DNA from: an uncultured Gammaproteobacteria bacterium
Lineage (GTDB): Bacteria; Patescibacteriota; Microgenomatia; JALYQM01
Length of the DNA: 64,000 nt
NCBI GenBank assembly: GCA_964403585.1
Contig: CAYOFQ010000001.1
Location: 960,826 to 1,024,825, forward strand
Direction: 5' to 3'
Below, one piece after another: positions 1 to 12,987 of this stretch (the first letter of the stretch is position 1; every line of letters starts with the position of its first letter). The notes below the pieces were generated by a model. The model saw nothing but the letters and a program-made list of their open reading frames with translations. It did no database searches and had not been told where the DNA came from. Both the position numbers and the translations under genes were made by a program.

Positions 1-2615
1 AGTTTAATGACCACGCCTTTGAGAGATGTCAAAACCAGGCTCTCATGATTACCGCGAATAAGTTGCGCACTCACAATTCGCCCGGTCTTATCTGTAATAT
101 TGGCGGCTTTAACACCCTGCCCACCACGAGCCTGCAACGGCCAGTCGGCAATCTGGGTCATCTTACCAAGACCACGATGCATAATTGTTAACAGCTTCAA
201 TTTAGTATCACTATAGACAATCATTCCAACCATGGTATCTTTTTCCTTCAGTTTGATACCGCGCACACCGGCAGTATCACGGGCTGTGTCACGAACTTCA
301 TCTTCACGGAAATTGATTGACGAACCGAGTCCGGTTACCAGAATCATTTTATCGCTCCCGGTACTTGGTTTCACAAAGCGTAATTCATCTCCCGGATTAA
401 GTTTAATCGCAATCAAGCCGGATTTACGGATGCTTGCAAATTCACTGATTGGTGTTTTCTTAATCGTTCCCAGCTTAGTTCCCATAACCAGGAACTTAGT
501 TTCTTTAGCTTCGACAGGTGTAACAATTTCTTCAGTTCCGTTGGCCTGTTCTTCGGTCAAACCGGCTTCACCTTCACCAATATGAATACCCATTTTACCT
601 TTGGCATTCTTGGTTGAAGTTGCCGTTAAGATCGCGGTAATCTGTTCACCTTGTTCGATGTTTATCAAATTGACCAGAGCCTGACCTTTGGCAATCCGAC
701 TCGATTCCGGGATATCAAAAACCCGGATCTGGAATACTTTACCTTTGTTGCTGAAGAACATGATATTGTCATGGGTATTGCAGGCAAATAAGTGCGAAAC
801 AACATCTTCTTCCTTGGTAGTAATTCCACTAACACCCCGTCCACCACGACTCTGCGTTCTGAATACATCAAGCCCCTGACGCTTCACATATCCTGACTGA
901 GTAACTGTCACAATAGTGGGTTCATTCGGAACCAGATCTTCTTCAGCCAACTCACCAACCCGGCCTTTTATAACCACGGTGCGTCGGTCATCAGCATATT
1001 TATCACGCAGCTTCTTTAATTCCTGCTTAATTACGCCAAGAACCTTCGTCGGATGAGCCAACAAGTCCATCAAGTACTCAATTGTTTCTTTTAAGACAGC
1101 GTACTCATCTTCCAGCTTCTTGCGTTCAAGTGCGGCAAGTTTTCTCAACTGCATATCAAGAATGGCTGTCGCCTGGATTTCAGATAATTTAAACCGCTCC
1201 ATCAATCTGCCACGAGCTTCTTCAGCATCGGCACTCTGGCGAATAATACGGATAACTTCGTCAATATGATCAACAGCAATCAATAATCCTTCCAGGATAT
1301 GCGCTCGTGCCTGTGCCTGCTCAAGTTCAAATTCGGTTCGTCGGCGGATCACCACATACCGGTGCTGAATAAATGATTCCAGGATCATTTTCAGGTTCAT
1401 TAATCGGGGCACACCCGTATCCGACAAAGCCACCATGTTTACGTTAAACGTAGATTGCATGGCTGTTTGCTTATACAGATTGTTAAGAACCGATTGCGGA
1501 TTGGCATCACGTTTTAATTCAATATAAATACGAATACCTTCACGATCCGATTCGTCCTGCAATACCGAAATACCGTCAATCTTTTTTTCTTTATGCAAAT
1601 CAGCAATGCGGGCAATTAAGGTTGCTTTATTTACCTGATACGGCAATTGCGTTACAACAATGGCAAATTTTCCGCCTTTAACTTCTTCAATCTCGGCCTT
1701 GGCACGCATAACCACACGCCCCTGACCGGTAACATACGCCCGGATAATTTCATCCTGGTCGTAAATAAATCCGGCCGTTGGAAAATCCGGTCCCTTAATG
1801 AACTGTAATAACTCTTCTACAGTTACATCCGACTCAAACAACATGGTATTTTCAACAGTATCCTCAACTTCGGCATCACCCTTCCCGGCAAACGCTTCAA
1901 CTATTTCACCTTCTTCAGCTTTCTTTTTGGTGTCATCGGTAGCGTCTGCTGCTGCGGCCGGCTTCGGCAGCTTAGCACGCTTTTTAGCCAGATTATCAAT
2001 CACAAAAAGAATCGCGTCGGTAATTTCGCCCAAATTATGGGGAGGAATATTCGTTGCCATACCGACAGCAATACCCGAAGCGCCGTTTAAAAGTAATGTC
2101 GGTAATAATGACGGCAATACGGTCGGCTCGGAAGTGGTTCCCGAGTAGTTCGGCATGAACGGAACAGTATTTTTTTCGATGTCACGCAGCATTTCCTCGG
2201 CAATAAGCATCAAGCGAGCCTCGGTATAACGCATGGCAGCCGGGCTGTCTCCATCAATCGAACCAAAGTTTCCCTGTCCGTCGATAAGTGGATATCGTAA
2301 CGAAAACTCCTGCGCCATACGAACCATGGCATCATACACAGGAATGTCACCGTGTGGATGAAAGTTTTTGAGAACTTCACCAACCGTCGCAGCGGATTTT
2401 TCGTAGCGATGCGCATGAACATAGCCTGAGTTAAACATCGCGTAGATAATACGACGTTGCACCGGTTTCAAACCGTCACGAGCATCGGGCAGCGCACGCG
2501 ACACAATAACGGACATCGCGTAATCCAGATATGATTTCTGCATCTCTTCAATAATCGAGACGTCATGAACTTTACCCAATTGTAATTGTTTATCTTGAGT
2601 ATCTTTTGTATCCAT
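1..2615 (-). CDS. gyrA: DNA gyrase subunit A. The C-terminal end runs off the window edge.
   Basis: The minus-strand translation from the ATG at 2613-2615 reads [58 protein letters not shown], a classic GyrA N-terminus. The frame stays open to position 1, which is why no ORF was reported in the track. It sits immediately downstream of gyrB. Confidence 0.9.
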   Translation of the reverse strand, partial: MDTKDTQDKQLQLGKVHDVSIIEEMQKSYLDYAMSVIVSRALPDARDGLKPVQRRIIYAMFNSGYVHAHRYEKSAATVGEVLKNFHPHGDIPVYDAMVRMAQEFSLRYPLIDGQGNFGSIDGDSPAAMRYTEARLMLIAEEMLRDIEKNTVPFMPNYSGTTSEPTVLPSLLPTLLLNGASGIAVGMATNIPPHNLGEITDAILFVIDNLAKKRAKLPKPAAAADATDDTKKKAEEGEIVEAFAGKGDAEVEDTVENTMLFESDVTVEELLQFIKGPDFPTAGFIYDQDEIIRAYVTGQGRVVMRAKAEIEEVKGGKFAIVVTQLPYQVNKATLIARIADLHKEKKIDGISVLQDESDREGIRIYIELKRDANPQSVLNNLYKQTAMQSTFNVNMVALSDTGVPRLMNLKMILESFIQHRYVVIRRRTEFELEQAQARAHILEGLLIAVDHIDEVIRIIRQSADAEEARGRLMERFKLSEIQATAILDMQLRKLAALERKKLEDEYAVLKETIEYLMDLLAHPTKVLGVIKQELKKLRDKYADDRRTVVIKGRVGELAEEDLVPNEPTIVTVTQSGYVKRQGLDVFRTQSRGGRGVSGITTKEEDVVSHLFACNTHDNIMFFSNKGKVFQIRVFDIPESSRIAKGQALVNLINIEQGEQITAILTATSTKNAKGKMGIHIGEGEAGLTEEQANGTEEIVTPVEAKETKFLVMGTKLGTIKKTPISEFASIRKSGLIAIKLNPGDELRFVKPSTGSDKMILVTGLGSSINFREDEVRDTARDTAGVRGIKLKEKDTMVGMIVYSDTKLKLLTIMHRGLGKMTQIADWPLQARGGQGVKAANITDKTGRIVSAQLIRGNHESLVLTSLKGVVIK

Positions 2616-2618
2616 ATG

Positions 2619-4678
<2,060 letters not shown>

Positions 4679-4882
4679 GAATTAATATTAATAATATGTT
4701 ATAATATCCCCATTCAATGAACAAAAATTCAATGATTTATGAGCTCGAATGAACTCATAGTTCCTTAACAGCAAGAGGATTTGTTTCTTAATATTTGAGC
4801 AAGCTTATAAGTGTCGGTGATTTCCGCCATTTCTAAGCTTGTTCAATGAACAGCTCTCTCAATATGCGTTGAGAGTACCGAA

Positions 4883-5080
4883 ATGGAGGAATACTATGGA
4901 CACGCCAATCTCGGCAGCGGGATGACAATTGACGAGCTCGCAAGGCTCGTTGAAACTCACGACCTTCCGGACGATGTTACAGACGAGCAGCTGGAGGTAC
5001 TTTATGCCTACCTGACGTCGTCGTCTGAACCAACCGTTGCTCAGCCCACTGAAGCTGAGCCAACCAAGCAGAGCAAATAG
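4883..5080 (+). CDS. Small acidic hypothetical protein (65 aa)
   Basis: This is an ORF with no recognizable RBS. It is followed at once by a long imperfect inverted repeat (5085-5187). Coding status is uncertain. Confidence 0.2.
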   Translation: MEEYYGHANLGSGMTIDELARLVETHDLPDDVTDEQLEVLYAYLTSSSEPTVAQPTEAEPTKQSK

Positions 5081-5298
5081 TCACTTCTTACTACGGGTTG
5101 GACATCGAAGGATCGGACTGGAACAGTTCCTGGACCGATTATGGCTCATCCAGATTTATGACCTCCCGTTAGTAAGAAGTTTAGGGAACAAGAAGCGAAA
5201 CAGAGGTATGTTATGTAGCCTCCCCTCTGGGGATAGGTGACCTGTTTGGCTTAAATACGTAATCGTATATTTATTTCCTTCTCTATCCTCTTGCTGCA

Positions 5299-6003
5299 TT
5301 ACTTCATCAAGTTCCACCATCCCAATACACAGTTTTCCAAAAGCAACCGGGCATTAACGTTTGTTTCAGCGATCCACTCACTGGCTTGTAACAAAAATTC
5401 ACTGAACAATACAAATTGCTTCCGTCGACTCTCACCGGTAGTTCGTAACAAATCGCGAACGATAACACTTATATAGGTGATAAAGTCGCGCGCCACTTTT
5501 TTATCCTTGCCATATTCTTCACATAGCTTAAATAATTCGGGAAGTTTCAGTTTCTGTAGGTCCTCTTTCGACGGAAACTCATGTTCGGCAATCAGCTTCT
5601 CCAATAAACCTGAATCAAAACCTGACGAAACATCGGTTAACACTACCCGTGAAATTATTGTTGGCAGCAGAGACTGATACGAATCCAATTCCAGAAGATA
5701 CGTACTGTCAGCATTGGGTTCTTCATATAGTTTGAGCAAGGCATTTTGCGCCTGATCTGTTAATTTGTGTGCGTGATGTATAACAAACACCCGATGCTGC
5801 GCATGTAACGAAGTGTAGTTACTCTTTTCTATTAACGTCCGGATCTCGGCAATCCCAATTGAATTTTTATCCACCTCTAAAAAATCGACTAAAACTACTG
5901 TATGCTTTTGTTTTAAGCCATCAATAATACCATTAATATGACGCAATCTTTCTTCTCTATTCGAGCCGTAGATTACCGTTGTCATACCAACAATACTTGA
6001 CAT
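5299..6003 (-). CDS. holB: DNA polymerase III clamp-loader subunit, delta-prime-like (AAA+ family, no intact P-loop)
   Basis: The motif VFVIHHAHKLTDQAQNALLKLYEEP is typical of the clamp-loader gamma/delta-prime family. The protein is 234 aa and has no Walker A, which fits delta-prime. Confidence 0.5.
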   Translation of the reverse strand: MSSIVGMTTVIYGSNREERLRHINGIIDGLKQKHTVVLVDFLEVDKNSIGIAEIRTLIEKSNYTSLHAQHRVFVIHHAHKLTDQAQNALLKLYEEPNADSTYLLELDSYQSLLPTIISRVVLTDVSSGFDSGLLEKLIAEHEFPSKEDLQKLKLPELFKLCEEYGKDKKVARDFITYISVIVRDLLRTTGESRRKQFVLFSEFLLQASEWIAETNVNARLLLENCVLGWWNLMK

Positions 6004-6060
6004 AGCATTCCTTTTTCCCCTACTCTTAGTAAGTAGCAGCTAGTACTATATCACATCATT

Positions 6061-7854
6061 ATGAAGGTTCTGACACCCAAAGGAATTGAAGATTTCCTCT
6101 ATAAAGAAGGCATCATAGATCAGGAACAATTATCACGCGTCAAACTGGAAGCCATCAATAGTGAAAAACCGATTGAAACTATCTTGCTCGAGAGCAATTT
6201 GGTTACGCCCCTTCAACTGGTAAAAACCCAAGCTGAAATGATGGGCATTCCATTTCAGGATGTAAGTAGTATTGCCGTAGGAGCTGAAATCCTTAACTAT
6301 ATCCCGGAACAAATTGCCAGACGATACAACTTAATTCCCTTTTCCCTTGAGAACAGCGAATTAAGCGTCGCCATGGTCGATCCTCTCGATTCACAGGTTA
6401 TTCAATTTATTGAGCAAAAAACCGGGCTTAAAATTAAACCGTTCATGTCCGATGTTGATAGTATTCTTCATGCTATCAATGAACAATATGCCCACAACAT
6501 CTCTTCCGACGTCAATGCCGCGTTAAATGAAGCCGGCGTAGCCCAACAACCTAGCAAAGTTCAGGAAGAAGCCGAGCGCAAAAAAGCCGACCAGGTTATT
6601 CGTGAAGCACCGGTAGCCAAAATCGTTTCCACTATTCTTGAATATGGTATTAAAGCCCGCGCTTCCGACGTCCATATCGAACCACTCGAAGACAAAACAC
6701 GTATCCGGTACCGCATTGACGGTATTTTACAGGAGAAACTCGTTTTACCACGTAAAGTGCACGAAGCGGTAGTATCCCGTGTCAAAATTCTTTCGGACAT
6801 GAAGATTGATGAACGCCGTATTCCGCAGGACGGCCGTTTCAACTTTAAGCTGGAAACCGACGAAGTCGATCTTCGTGTATCTACTCTACCCACAGTACAC
6901 GGCGAAAAGATCGTTATGCGTCTTCTGAAGAAAACCGGCGGAGTGCCGTCGTTGAACGATCTTGGACTGCGCGGTGCGACATTAAAAAATCTGGAGACAC
7001 AGGCCTTACGACCGCACGGTATTATTCTCGTCACCGGTCCAACCGGTTCCGGTAAAACAACGACACTCTACTCGTTGTTAACAAAAACCAATTCACCAAA
7101 GATTAATATAGTGACTCTTGAAGACCCGGTCGAATACCAGATGGCCGGTATTAATCAGGTCCAGGTTAACCCACAGGCAGGATTAACGTTTGCTTCAGGT
7201 CTGCGCGCCTTCCTGCGACAGGACCCGAACGTTATCATGGTCGGCGAAATCCGTGACGGAGAAACGGCTAATTTGGCTATTCAGGCGGCTTTAACCGGAC
7301 ACTTGGTATTCTCTACTATCCACACCAATTCCGCCGCCGGTGCTCTTCCCCGTTTGCTCGATATGGGTGGCGAACCGTTCCTGATTGCGTCATCCGTTAA
7401 CGCCATTGAAGCACAGCGCGTATTGCGACGCATTTGTCCGAACTGTAAAACAGAGTTCTCTCCCCCACCCGAAGTTATTGAAGATTTGAAGGCAGTTCTT
7501 GAAACTCTATACGACGCCGCCGTTGAACGCGGAGCCGCTCAGGTAGTCGAAAGTGAGTCACCTACAGAGTTACAAGCAACAACCAAAGCAACCAGCACTA
7601 AAGAAGTGAAACTGTACAAAGGTGCAGGTTGTGCGGAATGCAGCAACACGGGATACAAAGGTCGGGTAGGTATTTACGAGGTTTTGGTTATTACTGAAAA
7701 AATCGGCAAACTGATTTTAGAACACTCACCTGCTTCGGCAATCGAGAACCTGGCGAAAGCCGATGGCATGATTACCATGAAACAAGATGGGTACTTGAAA
7801 GCTATGGAGGGATTAACTACTCTAGAAGAAGTACTACGTGTTGCTCAGGAATAG
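6061..7854 (+). CDS. pilB: Type IV pilus assembly ATPase PilB (GspE family)
   Basis: It has an N-terminal T2SE_N-like domain and a Walker A (GPTGSGKTTT). It carries the His and Asp boxes and the tetracysteine motif CPNCK...CAECSNTG. It is first in the pilus locus. Confidence 0.9.
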   Translation: MKVLTPKGIEDFLYKEGIIDQEQLSRVKLEAINSEKPIETILLESNLVTPLQLVKTQAEMMGIPFQDVSSIAVGAEILNYIPEQIARRYNLIPFSLENSELSVAMVDPLDSQVIQFIEQKTGLKIKPFMSDVDSILHAINEQYAHNISSDVNAALNEAGVAQQPSKVQEEAERKKADQVIREAPVAKIVSTILEYGIKARASDVHIEPLEDKTRIRYRIDGILQEKLVLPRKVHEAVVSRVKILSDMKIDERRIPQDGRFNFKLETDEVDLRVSTLPTVHGEKIVMRLLKKTGGVPSLNDLGLRGATLKNLETQALRPHGIILVTGPTGSGKTTTLYSLLTKTNSPKINIVTLEDPVEYQMAGINQVQVNPQAGLTFASGLRAFLRQDPNVIMVGEIRDGETANLAIQAALTGHLVFSTIHTNSAAGALPRLLDMGGEPFLIASSVNAIEAQRVLRRICPNCKTEFSPPPEVIEDLKAVLETLYDAAVERGAAQVVESESPTELQATTKATSTKEVKLYKGAGCAECSNTGYKGRVGIYEVLVITEKIGKLILEHSPASAIENLAKADGMITMKQDGYLKAMEGLTTLEEVLRVAQE

Positions 7855-7866
7855 TATAGGAGGTTT

Positions 7867-8937
7867 ATGACAATCGAGGAGTTATTACAAATTACGATCC
7901 AAAAAAATGCGTCGGACCTGCATTTAATTGCATATTCTGAGCCAACACTGCGCATTCACGGAACTCTCACTCCCGTACCACAAACAAAGCCCTTAATGCC
8001 GGAAGAAGTTGAAAGTCTCGTCATGGCCTTGGTTACTGAAGAACAAAAAGAATTATTGCTTGCAAATAAGGAATTAGATTTTTCCTTTGCGTTAGGTGAA
8101 GTCGCCCGTTTCCGCGTCAACGCGTACTATCAAAAAGGCTATGTCTCAGCAGCACTTCGTATGCTGCCGTTAAAGATCCGCAATCTTGAAGAGTTACAAC
8201 TGCCGCAAACCCTACACAAATTCACCGAACTGGTACAGGGATTTGTTCTGGTAACCGGGCCTACCGGACACGGTAAATCAACAACACTGGCCGCACTAGT
8301 TAATGAAATTAATCAAAACCGTGCCTGTCATATTCTTACTATTGAAGACCCAATCGAATATGTATATCCAAAGGCTAAAGCATTTGTATCTCAGCGCGAA
8401 CTACATCTTGATACCCACGCGTGGGATGTCGCACTGCGTGGTGCACTCCGTGAAGATCCGGATGTCGTTCTAATCGGTGAAATGCGTGATTACGAAACAA
8501 TCGAGTCAGCTATTACTATCGCCGAAACAGGTCACCTGGTATTTTCTACTCTGCATACCAACTCGGCGGCACAGGCTATCGACCGTATTGTTGACGTATT
8601 TGCAGAACACCAGCAGGATCAGATCCGCTTACAGTTGGCATCAACTCTGGAAGCAATTGTTTCACAGCGCTTAGTACCTTCGCTGAATGGAGAACGTATT
8701 GTTGTCAACGAAATTCTATTAGCTAACTCTGCAGTAAAAACAATCATCCGTGAAGGAAAAACCCACTTACTCGATAACGTTATTCAAACCAGTGGTGAAC
8801 TTGGCATGGAAAGCATGGAGTCGGCACTCGCCCGTAAAGTACGCGCCGGACAAATCTCATTACAAATTGCTCAGACATATAGTAACAAAGCCAAAGAACT
8901 TACAAGATTACTTAGTTCAGGGAAAACAACAAAATGA
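7867..8937 (+). CDS. pilT: Twitching motility retraction ATPase PilT
   Basis: The 356 aa product has a Walker A (GPTGHGKSTT) and PilT-type Asp/His boxes (HILTIEDPIEY, GHLVFSTLHTNSA). It directly follows pilB. Confidence 0.9.
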   Translation: MTIEELLQITIQKNASDLHLIAYSEPTLRIHGTLTPVPQTKPLMPEEVESLVMALVTEEQKELLLANKELDFSFALGEVARFRVNAYYQKGYVSAALRMLPLKIRNLEELQLPQTLHKFTELVQGFVLVTGPTGHGKSTTLAALVNEINQNRACHILTIEDPIEYVYPKAKAFVSQRELHLDTHAWDVALRGALREDPDVVLIGEMRDYETIESAITIAETGHLVFSTLHTNSAAQAIDRIVDVFAEHQQDQIRLQLASTLEAIVSQRLVPSLNGERIVVNEILLANSAVKTIIREGKTHLLDNVIQTSGELGMESMESALARKVRAGQISLQIAQTYSNKAKELTRLLSSGKTTK

Positions 8938-10142
8938 TTCAATTTAATTATACAGCCAAAGACCACGACGGAGCGGAACGTGTCGGTATTGTCGAGGCCG
9001 CCGATAACAATCAGGCAGCCAAAATCCTTCGTGAACGGGGTCTCATTGTTATAACCATCAAAGCTGCCGGCAGTGGCATGTCTGTCGATAAATTTCTCGG
9101 CTCCTTTAATAAAATATCGGCTACCGAAATCACCAACTTCACCCGACAGCTTTCCACCATGATCACAGCAGGACTGCCGCTCACCGAAGCATTGAACATT
9201 CTGAAAGCCCAGACACAGAACAAACAGTTTCAGGTTATTCAGGAATCAATATTACATGACATCGAAGGTGGCGGCTCCTTTGCCGACAGTTTAACCAAAC
9301 ACCCAAAAACCTTCTCCAAGATTTACATCAGCCTGGTTCGTGCCGGAGAAGCATCCGGTCTTTTGGATACTATCCTCGCCCGCTTAGCGGAGAACCTGGA
9401 AAAGGATCGGGAATTCAAGGCCAAAACCCGTGGCGCGATGATCTATCCGATTATCGTTGTCGTGGCAATCACCGTGGTTATGTTTATCATGATGATCTTC
9501 GTTATTCCGCGCTTAACCGGAATGTACAAAGATATGGGCGTTGAACTTCCTGGTCCAACCCAGTTTCTGATCAACATGTCCAATTTCTTTGTTAATTTCT
9601 GGTGGCTGATGATCGGCGCCATGGTTGTAGCGTTCTTTGGCTTTAAGCAATATGCCAAAACCGACATGGGCAGAAAAAACATCGACCAGTTACTTTATAA
9701 GGTTCCAGTCTTCGGCAAAATCCGCCGCGAAAGCGCCTTAACCGAATTCGCGCGAACACTTGGCTTACTCGTCGGCGCCGGCATTCCGATTATTGAAGCA
9801 CTCAATATCGTCAGCGACTCGGTGGGTGACCGGGTGTATTACGACTCAATCCGCAAAGCCGCCCGCGATGTCGAACACGGGGCACCACTCTCGGTACCAA
9901 TCTCACGCGATACCAACTTCCCGCCCATTCTCTCGCAGATGGTCAAAGTCGGCGAAGAAACCGGTAAACTTGACGAGGTATTGATTAAGATTTCCAAATA
10001 TTTTGAAGCCGAAGCTGAGAACTTAATCAAAAACCTTACCACCGCCCTCGAACCATTTATTCTAATCTTCCTGGGACTTGGTGTGGCGTTCTTAGTGCTC
10101 TCAATTATTCTACCTATCTACAAACTCACGAGCAGCTTCTAG
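8934..10142 (+). CDS. pilC: Type IV pilus platform protein PilC (GspF family)
   Basis: The 402 aa polytopic membrane protein has two GspF repeats. Its start overlaps the pilT stop. Confidence 0.88.
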   Translation: MIQFNYTAKDHDGAERVGIVEAADNNQAAKILRERGLIVITIKAAGSGMSVDKFLGSFNKISATEITNFTRQLSTMITAGLPLTEALNILKAQTQNKQFQVIQESILHDIEGGGSFADSLTKHPKTFSKIYISLVRAGEASGLLDTILARLAENLEKDREFKAKTRGAMIYPIIVVVAITVVMFIMMIFVIPRLTGMYKDMGVELPGPTQFLINMSNFFVNFWWLMIGAMVVAFFGFKQYAKTDMGRKNIDQLLYKVPVFGKIRRESALTEFARTLGLLVGAGIPIIEALNIVSDSVGDRVYYDSIRKAARDVEHGAPLSVPISRDTNFPPILSQMVKVGEETGKLDEVLIKISKYFEAEAENLIKNLTTALEPFILIFLGLGVAFLVLSIILPIYKLTSSF

Positions 10143-10247
10143 GAAAATAGCATATTGCATTTGGAGGTCGAAACTATCTATCATTTTATATAGAGTATAA
10201 GTTTGAAAAGATATACATCTTCTTGAAGGGGGGTGAAACTAAACATT

Positions 10248-10853
10248 ATGACAACAGCAACAACAATCCAAACAAACAACAAAGGTTTCACTCTTATCGA
10301 ACTTTTGGTTGTTATCGCAATTATCGGTGTTCTCGCAGCAGTTGTGTTACTCGCTATCAACCCGGCCGAAATTCTTAAGAAGTCTCGTGATTCTACCCGT
10401 TTCTCAGACCTCTCAACAATGAGAAAGGCAATTGACGCATCACTCGCTGACGGAACAGCTACAGCAGTTCCGGCTTGTGCCGCAGGATGTGTTTCAAGTT
10501 CTACTGCAAGAAGTGCAGTAACTTCAGGTAACTCAAGCTGGGTAACTGGCTCAACAGCAAGCGCTGCAAATCCTGATTTATCCAAATACATACCTACATT
10601 GCCAATCGACCCTTCACAGGGCGCGGCAATCACGGCAGGTAGCGGATATGCAGTTACCACAGCAGCCGGCGGCGCCCGCTACGGATACCGTTCATCTGCA
10701 ACAACCGGAGGTTATGTTCTCGGCGCTTATGTTGAAAGCACAGCTAACGCTACTAAGGCTAACACCGACGGTGGACAAATCGCTTGTGCAGCCGCAACTG
10801 ATCACTGTGTATTTGAAACCGGTACTGACATGGCTTTAACAGTCGGTCTGTAA
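10248..10853 (+). CDS. pilA: Major type IV pilin with a class III signal peptide
   Basis: The start reads MTTATTIQTNNKG|FTLIELLVVIAIIGVLAAV, showing the prepilin cleavage motif G|FTLIE. The C-terminal region is Ala/Thr/Ser-rich with Cys pairs. The ORF track begins at a GTG at 10233. The gene is followed by a strong terminator. Confidence 0.85.
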   Translation: MTTATTIQTNNKGFTLIELLVVIAIIGVLAAVVLLAINPAEILKKSRDSTRFSDLSTMRKAIDASLADGTATAVPACAAGCVSSSTARSAVTSGNSSWVTGSTASAANPDLSKYIPTLPIDPSQGAAITAGSGYAVTTAAGGARYGYRSSATTGGYVLGAYVESTANATKANTDGGQIACAAATDHCVFETGTDMALTVGL

Positions 10854-10875
10854 AAAACACGTCAATACACACAAG

Positions 10876-10906
10876 AAGACGTCCCTTCACCGGGACGTTT
10901 TTTTGT
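10876..10906 (+). terminator. Rho-independent terminator downstream of the major pilin gene
   Basis: The sequence gacgtccc ttcacc gggacgtc forms an 8 bp GC-rich stem and is followed by TTTTTTT. Confidence 0.8.
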
Positions 10907-10923
10907 GCTACCATTCCTCGTAT

Positions 10924-11847
10924 ATGCAATTTTTCTACTACATTGTTACTTTTATTCTCGGTGCGTGTGTCGGAAGTTTTATAAACAACACCGCGGAACG
11001 CTTAGCCCGCGGCGAAAGTATCAACGGCAGATCGCATTGCGAATTCTGTGACAAGACATTAACCGCCAAAGACCTCGTTCCGCTCTGGAGCTACCTTTCC
11101 TTAAAAGGTAAATGCCGTTATTGCAGTAAACCGCTCCCAAAACAATACATTATTGTAGAACTGGCAACAGCAATAATTTTTACTCTCATCTACCACTTAG
11201 TATCCAATAATGCCTACGTTGTCCAGGATTATTTAAATAACTCCATCCACTTTGTCGACTTCGGCATTATTGTTCCACTGATCTTCTTTTATATTGTAAC
11301 GACATCGCTGCTGATTCTATTTATCACCGATCTTAAATATGGCATGCTTTACGACAAAGTGGTTATTCCAACCATTCTCTTTGTCCTGGCCTATCGCATT
11401 TTCGTTATTGCTTACAATTACTTTCGACTCGCCAATTATCTCAACCAGACAAAAATTGGCCAGTATTTTCTCAAAGCCGGCTTCGCTCTGAATCACGCAC
11501 AATTTTCCTCGAACGTCTTTATCTATACACTACTGGGAAGTCTCGCCATCGCCTTCTTCTTTCTGGTTTTAATTATAGTTACCCGTGGACGCGGTATGGG
11601 CGGCGGTGATCTCAAACTGGGTTTCCTGATCGGCTTATTATCCGGCTGGCCAAACATGCTGATGTCTATTTTTCTCGGCTTCTTGACAGGCGCAATAGTG
11701 AGCTGCATACTTTTAATAGTACGAAGGAGAAAAATCGGACAAACCATCCCCTTCGGCCCCTTCCTGATACTTGGCTGTTTTGTAGTCATGTTTTACGGAA
11801 ATCAGTTATTCGGATGGTATTTAAATGACATTTTAGGACTGCGATAA
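10924..11847 (+). CDS. pilD: Prepilin peptidase PilD (A24 family)
   Basis: It has N-terminal CxxC...CxxC zinc-binding motifs (CEFCDK, CRYCSK), a polytopic membrane body and a C-terminal GGGDLKLGFLIGLL motif. The ATG at 10924 is preferred over the TTG at 10903, which lies in the terminator T-run. Confidence 0.85.
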   Translation: MQFFYYIVTFILGACVGSFINNTAERLARGESINGRSHCEFCDKTLTAKDLVPLWSYLSLKGKCRYCSKPLPKQYIIVELATAIIFTLIYHLVSNNAYVVQDYLNNSIHFVDFGIIVPLIFFYIVTTSLLILFITDLKYGMLYDKVVIPTILFVLAYRIFVIAYNYFRLANYLNQTKIGQYFLKAGFALNHAQFSSNVFIYTLLGSLAIAFFFLVLIIVTRGRGMGGGDLKLGFLIGLLSGWPNMLMSIFLGFLTGAIVSCILLIVRRRKIGQTIPFGPFLILGCFVVMFYGNQLFGWYLNDILGLR

Positions 11848-11850
11848 CGT

Positions 11851-12351
11851 ATGCAAAAAGGTTTTACTCTGATCGAACTTTTAATTGTCGTCACCGTTTT
11901 GGGAATACTTACGACTATGGCCATGGCAAATTTTGCCGGTGGCACTTCCAAAGCCCGCGATGCACAACGTAAGTCAGACCTGCGTGCCGTACGTGAAGCA
12001 CTCGAAATGTACAAACAGGACAAAGGATCGTACTACGTTCCAAGTACTACCTACCGCTCCGGAGCAACTGCCTTTCCTGCAGATGGTGCAGGAGCCACTA
12101 CCGGCAATACTCAGTTCACCAGCCTCTTGAGTAACGGCACCTATGGCTTAGTCACATTAGGATATATGCAAAAAACGCTGCAGGATCCGAAAGCTGCTAC
12201 TCCCTATCTCTATCGCTACGCGACCGGCGATGCTTCCGGCAGCGATTTTGTACTGGAGGCCTGTCTCGAAAACTCCAGTGATCCACAAAAATATCAGGCC
12301 ACGGCTATATCACCTTGCACCACAGCTAATTATCGGGTATTTAATCCATAA
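11851..12351 (+). CDS. Prepilin-type protein (pilin or pseudopilin, GspG-like N-terminus)
   Basis: The N-terminus reads MQKGFTLIELLIVVTVLGILTTMA...KARDAQRKSDLRAV. That is a class III signal followed by a GspG/PulG-like motif. Confidence 0.8.
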   Translation: MQKGFTLIELLIVVTVLGILTTMAMANFAGGTSKARDAQRKSDLRAVREALEMYKQDKGSYYVPSTTYRSGATAFPADGAGATTGNTQFTSLLSNGTYGLVTLGYMQKTLQDPKAATPYLYRYATGDASGSDFVLEACLENSSDPQKYQATAISPCTTANYRVFNP

Positions 12352-12368
12352 AAAGGGGTAGTATTTAT

Positions 12369-12929
12369 ATGAACATAACGAAAGATTTATCAAAACAAAG
12401 AGGATTTACGTTAATCGAACTCCTCGTCGTTATTTCAATTATCGGAATACTATCTGCACTGCTCTTACCCAATTTAACCAGCGCCCAGGCACGTGCCCGT
12501 GACGGCCGACGCAAGTCCGATCTGAAAGCCATCGCCACCGGACTGGAACTTTTTTATAACGATAATAATTACTACCCTGCCCGCTGGGTATCCGGAGCAA
12601 CCGCCGCCAAATTTGATTTCGCTAATGCGTTGACCGATGCAGCCGGAACCACAACCTATATCAAATCCCCGGTACCAAAGGACCCGAAAAACACAGCTAC
12701 CGGAAACTACGAATACTATTACTGCACCCAATCCGATACCGCAACCAACAACAAGAAATTTAACCTGTTTGCTAAGCTGGAGAATACCAACGATCCGGAT
12801 AAGTGTACCGCATCACCTTGCGCCAATAGCATCAATACTTCCAATGGTGTTTGTGGACGCGGTAGTGCCACCACAGCGGCTTCATCAGCAATTATCAATG
12901 CGATGACCTACACCGTTTCCGAACCGTAA
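12369..12929 (+). CDS. Prepilin-type protein (pilin, GspG-like)
   Basis: The N-terminus reads QRGFTLIELLVVISIIGILSALLLPNL...ARARDGRRKSDLKAI. Confidence 0.8.
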   Translation: MNITKDLSKQRGFTLIELLVVISIIGILSALLLPNLTSAQARARDGRRKSDLKAIATGLELFYNDNNYYPARWVSGATAAKFDFANALTDAAGTTTYIKSPVPKDPKNTATGNYEYYYCTQSDTATNNKKFNLFAKLENTNDPDKCTASPCANSINTSNGVCGRGSATTAASSAIINAMTYTVSEP

Positions 12930-12987
12930 AGGTACTTAGAAAAAAGCTTGACGCTGCTATCACAACTCCCCTACACTGTAGTAAGCG

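Noticed and set aside
232-2422. Several plus-strand ORFs of 60-117 aa (232-585, 1798-2148 and others) and a minus-strand ORF at 2210-2422, all inside the gyrA region
   Set aside because: They overlap the continuous minus-strand gyrA reading frame. The antisense ORFs are low-complexity. The 2210-2422 minus ORF is an out-of-frame fragment. None is coding.
5081-5298. Possibility that this structured intergenic region encodes SRP RNA, 6S RNA or tmRNA
   Set aside because: No SRP domain IV motif (GGAA...GCAGCC context) was seen. No tmRNA tag ORF or terminal UCCACCA was seen. The span is too short for a 6S-like double-stem architecture.
10903-10923. ORF-track start of pilD at a TTG at 10903
   Set aside because: The TTG lies inside the T-run of the pilA terminator. 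The ATG at 10924 gives the expected PilD N-terminus.
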